From Spirochaetia bacterium (GTDB lineage: Bacteria > Spirochaetota > Spirochaetia > SZUA-6 > Bin103), in the NCBI GenBank assembly GCA_965208575.1, contig CBDBOV010000006.1:768001-832000 (forward strand): DNA of 64,000 bases, read 5' to 3'. Shown here piece by piece: positions 1-10,068 of this stretch (the stretch's first letter is position 1; each line of letters opens with the position of its first letter). The translations under genes and the position numbers were made by a program. The notes beneath the pieces are model-generated. The model made no database searches. It was not told the origin of the DNA and worked only from the letters and a program-made list of their open reading frames with translations.

Positions 1-581
1 CCCAGAATCAGGCTGGGAATGATCAGCACCCCGAGATTTCCCAGCGGGTCGTCCGTGAAGGGCACCCACTCCATCGGGGGCGACCAGCCCCACCAGATTG
101 CCGGATAGATCATCACCATGAGTGCCAGCCAGAAGTTGGGAGTTGCCAAGCCGATGATGGCGGCGGTGCGGCCCAGGTAGTCGGCGGCCGTGTCCTGTCG
201 AATCGCCGAATAGATGCCGACGGGAACGGCTATCAGGAGCCCGATTATGATTGCCATGACACCAAGCTCCACGGTTACTGGCAATCTACCTATTATCCTC
301 TCCTCGACCGTCCAACCGCCCCACAGCGATTCGCCGAGCGTACCGTGCAGGAAGAAATCTCCTACCCAGCGTCCATACTGAACGTAGACAGGAAGGTCCA
401 GTCCGAGCTTGCGCTCAATAGCTTCGCGGTCTACGGTCCCACCAGCGTCCAACTCCATCTTGTCCACCATTATGTCTATTACATCCCCGGGGATGAAGCG
501 GACCATGAAAAAGACTATGAGGGTCAACAACCATAAGGTGGGGATTATCAGCAATAGACGCCTGATGCTATAGGCTTTCAT
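1..581 (-). CDS. ABC peptide/nickel transporter permease, DppB/OppB-like (truncated by window edge)
   Basis: Manual translation MKAYSIRRLLLIIPTLWLL...RFIPGD...PNFWLALMVM...; paralogous to the other DppB genes; not in the ORF track because it runs off the edge. Confidence 0.9.
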   Translation of the reverse strand, partial: MKAYSIRRLLLIIPTLWLLTLIVFFMVRFIPGDVIDIMVDKMELDAGGTVDREAIERKLGLDLPVYVQYGRWVGDFFLHGTLGESLWGGWTVEERIIGRLPVTVELGVMAIIIGLLIAVPVGIYSAIRQDTAADYLGRTAAIIGLATPNFWLALMVMIYPAIWWGWSPPMEWVPFTDDPLGNLGVLIIPSLIL

Positions 582-690
582 GGCACACTCATCACTTCTT
601 TTTCCCCGTCATGTCTTCGTCATTGAGGGTTACGCGCCGGTGTTCGCAGACCCGTGCCAATTTTCGTCGCGCTGAGCGGCAGACGGAGAG

Positions 691-722
691 GAGAACCGGG
701 CGGCTCAAGGCGCCCGGTTCTC
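691..722. terminator. Intercistronic stem-loop between SBP and dppB
   Basis: gagaaccggg...cccggttctc inverted repeat just downstream of the SBP stop. Confidence 0.55.
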
Positions 723-758
723 CTGATCCTTGAGGTCGCGACAAGCGGTGAAACTCGC

Positions 759-2546
759 CTAATAGCCCATTGATTTCTTCAGCTCACTATCGATCCAGAG
801 GCGGGCCGAGACGAAATTTGGATTAACAAACGCACTCAACTCACCGTTGTAACCCTTGACCCACGGCTGGAACGCTTCAAATGACGGATTTGCCGGACCC
901 CATATGGCCCAGTGCCTCTCTACCGGATACATATCTGCCAACTTCGCCCACCGCTGCTGCTCCTCGATGGTGGTAGCGGCTGCGGCGGCTGCAAACAGGG
1001 CGTCATAGTCCGGGTCGTTCGCGGCGACACTATTGGCTGCCGCGGTGGTCAGGAAGCGGTCCGGAGCACTAAGCGGGTTAGCCAAGCTCCCATAGGCCAT
1101 TTCGTGTGACAGCATTTCGAAATCATAGTCTCTTCTCTTGGAGGCAAAAGGGCCTATCGGCGTCATCTGGACGTCGACCTCAACACCAATGTCACGCCAG
1201 TATCCGGCGAGTAGTTCATAGTAGCTCGGATCATACCGGTCCAGGACGGTATACACGCTCTTGAATCGAATCCCATCGGCGTCGCGAGGCACTCCGGCCT
1301 CATCAAGGAGCGCTTCTGCCCCTTCCGGGTCATAGTCATACGCTTTTTTCAGCTCGGCGGGCCACTCTTCAAACGGGACGAAATAGCCGATGGCAGCATC
1401 CCCTTGCTGTCCGTGAGGTGTCGTATCTCCATAACCCTTGAAGAAGACATTGTTGATCGTCTCCAGGTCCAGTGCCATCTGCATTGCCCGGCGCACCCTG
1501 ATGTCGGTAAAGGGCTCCTTGTTGATGTTGAGACCAGTAGCACCGGTCGAAGCACCGAGGTTCGTCCGCAGCTCGATTTCGGGGTTGGTCCGCTTGAGGC
1601 TCTCTGCCTGGTCGACGGACCTCAGTACACTTGCCCAACCGAGAAAGTCCACCTTGCCCGAGCGCAGTGCCGCTACCCGGGTTGCCTCTTCCGGCATGAT
1701 CGGGGCCCTTATTTCGTCAACGTAGGGTAGCCGGTTTTCCGGGTACTTTTCGTCGTAGCCCCAGTAGTCAGGATTCCTGGTATAGGTTACAACGGTGCCC
1801 TCGAGGTAGTCAGCCAGCTCGAAGGGTCCGGTGCCGACCAGGTTCCTCCAATCACTAACGTCTCCGTGTTCTCTGATTACGTCGGAGGGGTATATTTGGC
1901 CGGCGACGTCGAACAGGATAGCCCCCAGCCCATCCAGCCTGGTCTCCTGCAGCTTGAACACGACCGTCCATTTGTCGGTGGCCGTTATCGATTCCCATTT
2001 GAAGTTCTTCAAGACCCAGGCAAAGGCGCTCGGTTCGGTGAAGCCGCTGCCCGTACCCGTTACCCGGTGAAAGCTGTACTCGACGTCGTAGGCATCGAGC
2101 TCCCGACCGTTCATCGGGGCCTTGTCGTGCCAGTGAACGCCCTGGCGGATTTTCACGATAACGGTATTGATGTCGGGCTGCGACCAGCTCTCCACCAACT
2201 CCCCTTTCAGGGCAGATACCGGAGGACGCACTCTGAAGTCAAATTCGCTCCTGTCCATTCCCCAGTCCCCGGTGCCGAGCTTCTCCAATACGCCAGTGGT
2301 GAACATATGGTACCATCCCGAAAGCATGACATCAGGATTCGGACCCTCTTCATTCCAGGGCATGGTTATTGTCCCGCCATACTCTGGTGCCACCACCGGT
2401 TCGCCGGTGGTGGGGTCGGTCACATACCGCTTGTCGGCGCCGGCTGCCGGTGCCTCCTCCTCTGCGCCGGTGGCCCAGAGGCCGGTTGCGGTCAGAACCA
2501 GGACCAACGCAAGCGCGACGGTCCTGGTGCTTGCTACCAAATTCAT
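759..2546 (-). CDS. ABC transporter substrate-binding protein, family 5
   Basis: 595 aa; signal peptide ...GLWATGAEE; GVHWHDKAP, VGTGPF, NPDYW, PWVKG and RLWID motifs; RBS ggag. Confidence 0.92.
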   Translation of the reverse strand: MNLVASTRTVALALVLVLTATGLWATGAEEEAPAAGADKRYVTDPTTGEPVVAPEYGGTITMPWNEEGPNPDVMLSGWYHMFTTGVLEKLGTGDWGMDRSEFDFRVRPPVSALKGELVESWSQPDINTVIVKIRQGVHWHDKAPMNGRELDAYDVEYSFHRVTGTGSGFTEPSAFAWVLKNFKWESITATDKWTVVFKLQETRLDGLGAILFDVAGQIYPSDVIREHGDVSDWRNLVGTGPFELADYLEGTVVTYTRNPDYWGYDEKYPENRLPYVDEIRAPIMPEEATRVAALRSGKVDFLGWASVLRSVDQAESLKRTNPEIELRTNLGASTGATGLNINKEPFTDIRVRRAMQMALDLETINNVFFKGYGDTTPHGQQGDAAIGYFVPFEEWPAELKKAYDYDPEGAEALLDEAGVPRDADGIRFKSVYTVLDRYDPSYYELLAGYWRDIGVEVDVQMTPIGPFASKRRDYDFEMLSHEMAYGSLANPLSAPDRFLTTAAANSVAANDPDYDALFAAAAAATTIEEQQRWAKLADMYPVERHWAIWGPANPSFEAFQPWVKGYNGELSAFVNPNFVSARLWIDSELKKSMGY

Positions 2547-2735
2547 AGGTAACTCCGTTTGTTTGATTTCTGAGAGTATTGCGTAGCGGCTTACCGGATT
2601 ACCGCTCCCTGGCTACCCTCACGCCCGCAACGCGGGCGGCCACTGAGAGTCAACTGCGTAACGCGCGCGGCGTGTGACTCGGCCGGGTTCACGCCGCGCG
2701 CGTCCAGGGTTCCTTTAGTATCATTTTGCACCCCC
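2547..2735 (-). promoter_or_regulatory. Conserved structured 5' leader, copy A (micro-ORF plus hairpins P1-P3)
   Basis: Aligns by eye with copies at 13937-14130, 23713-23800, 33250-33432 and 48211-48402. Confidence 0.75.
2689..2724 (-). CDS. Putative leader peptide MILKEPWTRAA
   Basis: SD-like GGGGGTG upstream; synonymous third-position changes between copies. Confidence 0.45.
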   Translation of the reverse strand: MILKEPWTRAA

Positions 2736-3063
2736 GTTTCTGTGGACTTCGGCAATTCTCGGCGGGCGGTTGTCAGGGAAGGAGAGTGTCATAGTCGTTG
2801 ACGCACGTGAGCTGCACGATCACTTCTTGAAATGGAACACGATGAAAACCGATGCACAGGCATCGTCTGCCCGCCCGCCCTTTCGGACCAGGCACAGCCA
2901 TACCCAGATGTAACCGCGATTGACTGCATCCACCCCACTATGACATCCGCCCCGGTGGAGGTCAACCACGCGCATTGACTCATCAACATTGCCTACCTTG
3001 CCTACCCGACAGAGGCTGCCGGCACGAGGCCAGAATCATGACGAGCGCTATGTGGCCCCGACG

Positions 3064-4704
3064 TCAGCCGTCGGCCAGCTCGAACGCCGTCACGTTGCGC
3101 GTCCGGCGGCTGAGTTCCACTCCGATCAGGTGGATGGGCTCACCCCGCCCCCGGTACTTGTCCGCGTAGCCCCGCTCCCGCAACTGCGCCAGCGCCGACC
3201 CCGCCGCCGCCAGCTCGGCTACCTTGAACTCGAACAGGTACACGTGCCCGCCGGTCCTCACCGCCATGTCCAGGCGCCCGTGGCTGCTCGACTCCTCCAC
3301 CGCGATCTCGTACCCCAGCGCCGCGAAGTACGAATAGAAAACGCTCGCGTAGTACCCCTCGTACTGCGCGATATCGTTGTTTGTGTGCCATTCGTAGGGA
3401 ATGCTCGCGAAGAACGCGTGGAACAGCTCCTGCAGCCCCGCGCAGTCGTGCGTGGAAAGCAGCCGTTGCAGCCGCATGCTGTTCGCCGTCTGCTGCTCCA
3501 CGTCCTGCACCAAGTGGCGCAGCAGGTGCTCGTTCAGGCTCTGGCGCACCTCCCGGTTCGGGTAGCCCAACCGATACAGCACCTTGCCGCCCAGCTCCTC
3601 TTCCCCCGTTACCGTCAGGTAACCGGTCTGGAACAGCAACGCCTGCGTGCCGATCTGGCCCACGTCGAACCTCGACAGCAGTTCCATCGTTCCCACCATT
3701 CGGTCCAGCGACACCGACGCCACCCGCCGCTCGAACAGCAGGTCCACCAGAAACGCCGGCGTCCCGGTCTCGAACCAGTGCGCGGCAAACTCGCGGCTGT
3801 CGAACAGCAGCAGCACGTCGTACGGGTTGTACACCTTCTCCTCGCCGCGCCAGCGGTAGCCGTTGTACCACTCGCGGATCCGTTCCCGGTCCAGCCCGGC
3901 CAGTTCCGGCGCGAACACCGTGTCCAGATCCGCGTCCGTGTAGCCGCAGATTGACGAGTAGCGCCGATCCAACGTGAGATCTGTGAGATTGTTCAACTGC
4001 GAGAAGAGCGCCCCACCGGCGGCGCCTTCGGCCTCGCCGGTGGCCCATCCCGTCCTTCCGCCCAAGAAACTTCCACGGAAGTGTCTTGGGCGGTTTACCT
4101 TGGAGAACTTGCTGATGCCGGTGAGGAACGTGAACCGCACGTGGGCGTCCGAGTCCTTGATCACCCCGTACAGCCCGCGCAGGTAGTCGCGGTTGGCACG
4201 CGCCGCCTCGGGTTCCTCCAACGCGTCCAGGATCGGCTTGTCGTACTCGTCCACCAGCACCACCACCCGCTGCCCCGTCTGCCGATGCAGCGTGCGCAAC
4301 AGACGGCGCAAGCGCGGCGCCGCGCCGCCGTCGTGGGATGCAATGCCCGCCGCCTCCTCCAGGTCCTGCAACTGGAATGCCACGTCCTCGTGCAGCGTCG
4401 CGGGCTCGGTGAAGCTGCCGCTGCCGAAGCTCAGCCGCACCACCGGATGCCGCTCCGACCAATCGTGGCGGTCGTGGATGTAGAGCCCCGCGAACAACGC
4501 CTCGTTGCCCTCGAACAGCTCCTTCAGCGTGTCCAGAAACAAGCTCTTGCCGAACCGCCGGGGCCGCGACAGGAAGTAATGTGTGCCCCCGCGGAGCAAC
4601 CGCTCGATGAAGGCGGTCTTGTCCACGTAGTAGCAGTCCTGCTCCCGCAGCTTGCGGAACGTCTGTATCCCGATCGGCAGTCTGCGCCGCGCCACCGGTT
4701 TCAT
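3064..4704 (-). CDS. AAA-ATPase-like domain plus PD-(D/E)XK nuclease protein, with a 28-aa in-frame insertion
   Basis: RLPIGIQTF, Walker A SRPRRFGKS, Walker B VLVDEYD, C-terminal GRLD...FEFK; start MKPVARR at 4704 (GTG 4695 alternative); paralog of 52547..54094. Confidence 0.9.
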   Translation of the reverse strand: MKPVARRRLPIGIQTFRKLREQDCYYVDKTAFIERLLRGGTHYFLSRPRRFGKSLFLDTLKELFEGNEALFAGLYIHDRHDWSERHPVVRLSFGSGSFTEPATLHEDVAFQLQDLEEAAGIASHDGGAAPRLRRLLRTLHRQTGQRVVVLVDEYDKPILDALEEPEAARANRDYLRGLYGVIKDSDAHVRFTFLTGISKFSKVNRPRHFRGSFLGGRTGWATGEAEGAAGGALFSQLNNLTDLTLDRRYSSICGYTDADLDTVFAPELAGLDRERIREWYNGYRWRGEEKVYNPYDVLLLFDSREFAAHWFETGTPAFLVDLLFERRVASVSLDRMVGTMELLSRFDVGQIGTQALLFQTGYLTVTGEEELGGKVLYRLGYPNREVRQSLNEHLLRHLVQDVEQQTANSMRLQRLLSTHDCAGLQELFHAFFASIPYEWHTNNDIAQYEGYYASVFYSYFAALGYEIAVEESSSHGRLDMAVRTGGHVYLFEFKVAELAAAGSALAQLRERGYADKYRGRGEPIHLIGVELSRRTRNVTAFELADG

Positions 4705-4935
4705 CTTACCCCGTGGAGGTCGCGCCCTCTCCCGCCCGGTAGTGCGGGCGGCCCGTCGATCTCTTCCATAACCGTGCGTGGCTCCCGTCGCCCTGAATGA
4801 TAGCATCGCCGCCACCACCGGTACACCCGCGAGGCGCTGTCCGCGATGATGGGTGCCGTGGGTGTTCGGACCAGTCGTCCAAGCGGGTAACGGAGGCTTC
4901 TCTCCGGCGGTAGGTGCCGGTACGTTGGAAACAGG

Positions 4936-6399
4936 ATGAGTAGCCTCGACACCCTTCCCGCAACAGCTCACACGACAGCGGATACCACTGCGGCGGAGCC
5001 CAGCTTCAACGAGGGGCTGGCGCTGGCGGTGGACCGGGCGCTGCGCCACCTGGACCTGCCGCCAGGCCTGCCGGAGCAGATCAAGGCGTGCGACTCGGTG
5101 CTGCAGTTGCAGTTCCCGGTGCGGCTCGACGACGGCGTGCTGCACATCTTCCGCGGCTGGCGCGCCACGCACAGCTCGCACTCCCTGCCGGCCAAGGGCG
5201 GCATCCGCTACGCCACCTGCGTCGACCAGGACGAGGTGGAGGCGCTGGCCGCGCTGATGACCTACAAGTGCGCGCTGGTGGACGTGCCGTTCGGCGGCTC
5301 CAAGGGCGGCGTGCGGCTGGATCCCGGCCGGTACTCGGAGCGCGAGCTGGAGGCGATCACGCGCCGCTTCGCCCGCGAGCTGATCTCGCGCGGCTACCTG
5401 AGCCCCGGCGGCAACGTGCCGGCCCCCGACATGGGCACCGGCGCACGCGAGATGGGCTGGATCGCCGACGTGTACCGCACCATCCACCCGGAGGAGATCA
5501 ACGCGCTCGCGTGCGTGACCGGCAAGCCGGTCACCTCCGGGGGCATACCGGGCCGCACCGAGGCGACCGGGCGCGGCGTGCAGTTCGCGGTGCGCGAGTT
5601 GTTCCGCCGTCCGGAGGACCTGGCGCTGGCCGGCCTGGACGGCGGGCTGGAGGGCAAGCGGGTCTTGGTGCAGGGGCTCGGCAACGTCGGTTACCACCTG
5701 GCCCGCTACCTGTCCGAGGAGGACGGCGCGCTGGTGGTCGGCGTGATGACGCGCGAAGGCGCGGTGCTCGACGACGGCGGCATCGACGTTGCCTCGCTGC
5801 GCGCCCACCTGGACGAGTACGGCGGCGTCGCGGGGTTCCCGCGGGGGCGCACCGACGTGGATGCCGACGCGTTCCTGGCCACCTCCTGCGACCTGCTGAT
5901 CCCGGCGGCGGTCGAGGGCCAGATTCACGCCGGCAACGCGGCCCGCGTGCAGGCCCGGCTGGTGGTGGAGGCGGCCAACGGCCCGGTGACCTACCGCGGC
6001 GACGAGATTCTGCGCCGGCGCGGCATCCCGGTGCTGCCCGACCTGTTCGTGAACGCGGGCGGGGTGACCGTGTCCTACTTCGAGTGGATCAAGAACCTGT
6101 CGCACATCCGCTTCGGGCGCATGGACCGCCGCCTGGACGAGGGCCGTGGCGCGCGCATCGTCGGTGCGCTGGAGCAGATGACCGGGCGCCCGGCGGACGC
6201 GGCGCTGCGCGCCGAACTGGTCAGCGGCGCCGACGAGCTGACGCTGGTGCGCTCAGGCCTGGACGACACCATGCGGCAGGCCTACGACGAGATCAGCGAC
6301 ACCTTCCGCCACGGCGACGGCATCGACGACTTCCGCACCGCCGCCTACGTGGTCGCACTCCGCAAGATCGCCAACACCTACTTCGACCTCGGCATCTAG
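4936..6399 (+). CDS. gdhA: Glutamate dehydrogenase (Glu/Leu/Phe/Val family)
   Basis: PAKGGIRY, FGGSKGG, VPAPDMGT, GRTEATGRG, QGLGNVG, EAANGP, NAGGVTVSYFEW. Confidence 0.93.
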   Translation: MSSLDTLPATAHTTADTTAAEPSFNEGLALAVDRALRHLDLPPGLPEQIKACDSVLQLQFPVRLDDGVLHIFRGWRATHSSHSLPAKGGIRYATCVDQDEVEALAALMTYKCALVDVPFGGSKGGVRLDPGRYSERELEAITRRFARELISRGYLSPGGNVPAPDMGTGAREMGWIADVYRTIHPEEINALACVTGKPVTSGGIPGRTEATGRGVQFAVRELFRRPEDLALAGLDGGLEGKRVLVQGLGNVGYHLARYLSEEDGALVVGVMTREGAVLDDGGIDVASLRAHLDEYGGVAGFPRGRTDVDADAFLATSCDLLIPAAVEGQIHAGNAARVQARLVVEAANGPVTYRGDEILRRRGIPVLPDLFVNAGGVTVSYFEWIKNLSHIRFGRMDRRLDEGRGARIVGALEQMTGRPADAALRAELVSGADELTLVRSGLDDTMRQAYDEISDTFRHGDGIDDFRTAAYVVALRKIANTYFDLGI

Positions 6400-6403
6400 G
6401 CAT

Positions 6404-6793
6404 CTAGCAGCCCGTGGCGAATACGCCGGGAATGTCGTCGAAATGAGCGTCCATGGTGACGAGTTGCGCGCCCAGTTCCAGGGCGATGGCCGCGATCCAG
6501 ATGTCGTTGGTGGGCAATGGCGTGCCCTGCTGCTTGAGCTTGCCGACCAACATGCCGTAGCGCTCGGCCGCGTCCCTGGTCACGGCGGCGACGGACACGC
6601 CCGGCCGACGAAGGAATTCGTCCAGTGCAGCGACATTCATGCGCGCACGCGACCCCATGCGAAAACCGGCGAACAGCTCGCCCAGGACGATGCTGGGAAT
6701 GGCTACCTCGTCCGCCGTTTCGACGAGGTCGATGACATCGGCGTCGCCGCGCTTGAACGCGGAATATGCGTTGGTGTCCAGGCAGATCCTCAT
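6404..6793 (-). CDS. vapC: PIN-domain toxin, VapC family
   Basis: MRICLDTNAY...IVLGEL...NDIWIAA...LVTMDAHF; start overlaps the antitoxin stop (ATGA). Confidence 0.9.
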   Translation of the reverse strand: MRICLDTNAYSAFKRGDADVIDLVETADEVAIPSIVLGELFAGFRMGSRARMNVAALDEFLRRPGVSVAAVTRDAAERYGMLVGKLKQQGTPLPTNDIWIAAIALELGAQLVTMDAHFDDIPGVFATGC

Positions 6794-7044
6794 CGCTCCC
6801 ACATCTCGTCGTCGATTTGATCGAACACTCGCGTATTGGCTTCGAACTCCGCTGCTTCCGCATCGCTCCAAGTCCCGGCGAGGTCCGACACGTCACGCTT
6901 CCGGCCGCTCCCGCCGCCGAGATGGAGCGACTCCATCAAGACGCCGATGATCGTTCTGTTGAGGCTCTTGTTCTGCTCGCTTGCAAGCTCGCGCAATCGG
7001 TCATCGAGCTCCTGCGGGACATCGCGCAACGTAATCTGACTCAT
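6790..7044 (-). CDS. Antitoxin, FitA/VapB-like ribbon-helix-helix
   Basis: MSQITLRDVPQELDDRLRELA...SLNRTI; directly upstream of vapC. Confidence 0.85.
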   Translation of the reverse strand: MSQITLRDVPQELDDRLRELASEQNKSLNRTIIGVLMESLHLGGGSGRKRDVSDLAGTWSDAEAAEFEANTRVFDQIDDEMWER

Positions 7045-7236
7045 GCCTATGCCTTCATCGCTTCACTCTACCGAGTCACCCTGGCACACCACCGGGCGCC
7101 CCGTCAACTCGCTCATCGTCACGCGGCGGTGGCGGATGGGTCGCGCTGGTGCGGCAATCCTGCCGTCCCTGCCGTCCCCGCCTGCCGTGTGGGGGTTGAC
7201 GGATCGGGCGGTTGACGCTTATGTGGGGCCGTGCCG

Positions 7237-8286
7237 ATGACCACGCGCGCCGCCATCCAGACCGCCAGCGGCCAGCCGCTCATCATCGATGAGCTCGATA
7301 TTCCCGATCCGCGCCCCGACCAGGCGGTCCTGAAGCTACTCGCCAGCGGGATATGCCATTCGCAGGTCCACGAGTTGCACGATGCGCTGACGCGGCCGAC
7401 CGCGTTCGGCCACGAGGCCACCGGCGTGGTGGTGCGGGCCGGCAGCGAGGTGACGCGGGTGCGGGAGGGCGACCGCGCCATCGTCACCTGGGTGCGGCAC
7501 CAGCCGCTGCCGATGGGCCGGAACGACCGCCCGTGCGGCGCCACCTACCGGGGCAGCCCCATTCCGTGGCCGCACTTTACCTGGAGCGAGCACACCATTG
7601 TCTCGGAACAGTACCTGGTGCCGATCGCCGCTTCGGAGCCGGCCGACCTGTGCTCAATCATCGGCTGCGCGGTGCTGACCGGCGCCGGTGCGGTGATCCA
7701 CACCACGCGGGTGCAGCCGGGCGACTCGGTGGCGGTGTTCGGGGCCGGCGGCGTGGGGCTGGCGGCGATCCGGGCGGCGGCGATCCGGGGCGCCGATCCG
7801 CTCATCGTGGTGGACCTGCGCGCCGACAAGCTGGAGCTGGCCCGCGAGTTCGGCGCCACGCATGTCGTAAACGCGAGCGACGTCGACCCGGTGGAGGCGG
7901 TGGTGGACCTGAGCGGCGGCGGCGTCGACTACGCGTTCGACGCGATCGGCGTGCGGCAGACCACCGAAACGATCAACGAGGTCACGCGGCCGGGGTCGAT
8001 GGGCGCCGGCAACGAGGGCGGCACCGCGGTCCTTATCGGGGTGCCCGGTAACGAGATGACCCTGAACCCGCGCGCCATGCTGTCGGCGCACCGCCGTTAC
8101 GTCACCAGCTTCGGCGCCTCCAACCCCGACCGCGACTTCCCGATCTTCCTGCGCTGGTACCGGGACGGCCTGTTCCCGCTCGACCGGCTGGTCACCGACC
8201 GCTACCGGCTGGAGCAGATCAACGAGGCGTGCGCGGCACTCAAGGCCGGCCAGGTAATGGGCCGCGCCATCCTGGAGTACCAATAG
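7237..8286 (+). CDS. Zinc-binding (MDR) alcohol dehydrogenase
   Basis: GICHS, GHEATG, IGCAVLTG, GAGGVG; lacks the 4-Cys structural Zn site. Confidence 0.88.
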   Translation: MTTRAAIQTASGQPLIIDELDIPDPRPDQAVLKLLASGICHSQVHELHDALTRPTAFGHEATGVVVRAGSEVTRVREGDRAIVTWVRHQPLPMGRNDRPCGATYRGSPIPWPHFTWSEHTIVSEQYLVPIAASEPADLCSIIGCAVLTGAGAVIHTTRVQPGDSVAVFGAGGVGLAAIRAAAIRGADPLIVVDLRADKLELAREFGATHVVNASDVDPVEAVVDLSGGGVDYAFDAIGVRQTTETINEVTRPGSMGAGNEGGTAVLIGVPGNEMTLNPRAMLSAHRRYVTSFGASNPDRDFPIFLRWYRDGLFPLDRLVTDRYRLEQINEACAALKAGQVMGRAILEYQ

Positions 8287-8310
8287 AGTAGGGTAATGAA
8301 GGAGCGTGCG

Positions 8311-9162
8311 ATGAACGCAACGAGCAAGCGGCAGCAACTGCTGGACGACGGATTCTGCGTGTTTCCGGGGCTGCTCGACGACGACCTGCTGGCGCGCTTG
8401 CGGCAGGCCAGCGACCGGCTGCTGGACGCCTACCCGGACGAGGAGCGGCAGCGCCGCGGCAACCAGGGCAGCGTCGTGTCCATTCTCTTCCAGGATCGGG
8501 CGTTCGTCGAGTTGATCGCCTGGCCGCCCGTCTGGGCCGCTTTGCGCGAGCTGGGTTTCAACGGCGCGCGCTATTGGTCCGGGTCGGTCATTTCCAAGGA
8601 GGCGCACTCCACTTCCCTGTACTGGCACCAGGACTGGGTGTGGTGGCGGGAGCCGGAGAGCGCCGACCCGGTGCCGCACCAGTTGTTCCTGATGTGGTAC
8701 CTCACCGACACGCGGCCCGAGAACGGCTGCCTGCGGGTGCTGCCGCAGTCGCACCGGCGCCGGCTGGAAGCGCATGACCTGATCGGCAGCCACGACGACG
8801 GCATCCGTCACCGAGACCCGGCCACCACGGCCGGCTACCAGGCGCTGCCCGGCGAGGTCGACGTGCCGGTGACGGCGGGCGACCTGGTGGTCGGAGACTC
8901 GCGCGTGCTGCACGCCGCGCATGCCAACACCACCGACCGGCGGCGCACCGTGCTCACCACCTGGTACCTGCCGCGTTACGACGAGCTGAGCGAGCGGTTG
9001 CGCGCCGCCTACCAGAAGGCTATCCGTCCGCCGTCGGCGTCGCTGCCGGCGGACGAGCTGGCGCTGGTTCAGCCGCTGCTGCCCGACTACCGCGGCGACG
9101 CCGAGCCGGCGCACAGGAGCTATGAGTTGAGCGACTACCTGCAACCCGCCGCGCGCGGGTAA
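8311..9162 (+). CDS. Phytanoyl-CoA dioxygenase (PhyH) family Fe(II)/2OG dioxygenase
   Basis: DDGFCV, WHQD, ENGCLRVLPQSH, LHAAHAN...RRT; alternative start 8296. Confidence 0.9.
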   Translation: MNATSKRQQLLDDGFCVFPGLLDDDLLARLRQASDRLLDAYPDEERQRRGNQGSVVSILFQDRAFVELIAWPPVWAALRELGFNGARYWSGSVISKEAHSTSLYWHQDWVWWREPESADPVPHQLFLMWYLTDTRPENGCLRVLPQSHRRRLEAHDLIGSHDDGIRHRDPATTAGYQALPGEVDVPVTAGDLVVGDSRVLHAAHANTTDRRRTVLTTWYLPRYDELSERLRAAYQKAIRPPSASLPADELALVQPLLPDYRGDAEPAHRSYELSDYLQPAARG

Positions 9163-9204
9163 CCGGCACGCGGACAGCAACGGAAACGACAAGGAGGAGA
9201 GACC

Positions 9205-10041
9205 ATGGGACGACTGCAAGACAAGGTGGCGCTGATAACCGGCGCGGCGCGCGGCCACGCGCAGGCAATGGCCAGGCGGTTCGCCGCCGAGGGCGCGCTG
9301 CTGGCGATCTGCGACCTGTGCCCGCCCGAGGCACTGGACGCGACCACCGGCGCGCAGGTGCGGGAGGCGGGCAGCCGCGCGCTGTGCTTCCAGACCGACG
9401 TGTCGGACGAACAGCAGGTGAACGAGATGGTGGCGCGCACGCTCGCCGAGTACGGCCACATCGACATCGTTGCGCCGGTGGTCGGCATCGCCGGGCCGAC
9501 CAAGGATCTGTGGGACCTGTCGCTGGCCGAGTGGAAGCAGGTGCTGGCGGTCAATCTCGACTCGATCTTCCTGTGCTGCAAGGCGGCGCTGCCATCGATG
9601 ATCGAACGGCGGCGCGGCCGGATCATCATGTTCAGTTCGCCGACCGGCAAGCAGCCGCTGGCGCATCGCTCGTCCTATGCCACCAGCAAAATGGCGGTGA
9701 TCGGGCTTACCCGCACGCTGGCGGCCGAGGTGGGCCGCTACAACATCACCGTCAACGCGATCTGCCCCGGCGGCCACTCCGCGCGCGACCACGAACTTGC
9801 CAAGGCATTCGCGGAGTACGTCGGCGAGCCGTTCGACGAGAATACCTACGTCAACTACCGGCCCGGCCCCAAGCCGGCCAACAAGGTGCTGGCCGGCCAC
9901 TGGCTGCAGGCCGAGGGCTTCGTACAGGACCACGGCACCTCCGACGATGCCGCCGCCATGGCGGTGTTCATCGCCTCCGACGAGGCCGGCAGCTTCACCG
10001 GCCAGGACGTCAACACCCCCGGCGGCTATGTCATGTGGTAG
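9205..10041 (+). CDS. SDR family oxidoreductase
   Basis: LQDKVALITGAARG, YATSK, ITVNAICPG; RBS aggagg. Confidence 0.9.
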   Translation: MGRLQDKVALITGAARGHAQAMARRFAAEGALLAICDLCPPEALDATTGAQVREAGSRALCFQTDVSDEQQVNEMVARTLAEYGHIDIVAPVVGIAGPTKDLWDLSLAEWKQVLAVNLDSIFLCCKAALPSMIERRRGRIIMFSSPTGKQPLAHRSSYATSKMAVIGLTRTLAAEVGRYNITVNAICPGGHSARDHELAKAFAEYVGEPFDENTYVNYRPGPKPANKVLAGHWLQAEGFVQDHGTSDDAAAMAVFIASDEAGSFTGQDVNTPGGYVMW

Positions 10042-10068
10042 TGCCTCTTGCCGGGGCGTCCCTTTGGT

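Noticed and set aside
2780-3060. Lower-GC intergenic stretch with short ORFs
   Set aside because: No recognisable motif, RBS or repeat; cannot support a call.
4705-6105. N-terminal ~470 aa of the 1013-aa ORF 3064..6105
   Set aside because: Antisense shadow of gdhA; the paralog shows the real protein starts at about 4704.
7654-9933. 759-aa minus-strand ORF
   Set aside because: Antisense shadow of ADH, PhyH and SDR in high-GC DNA; no motifs.
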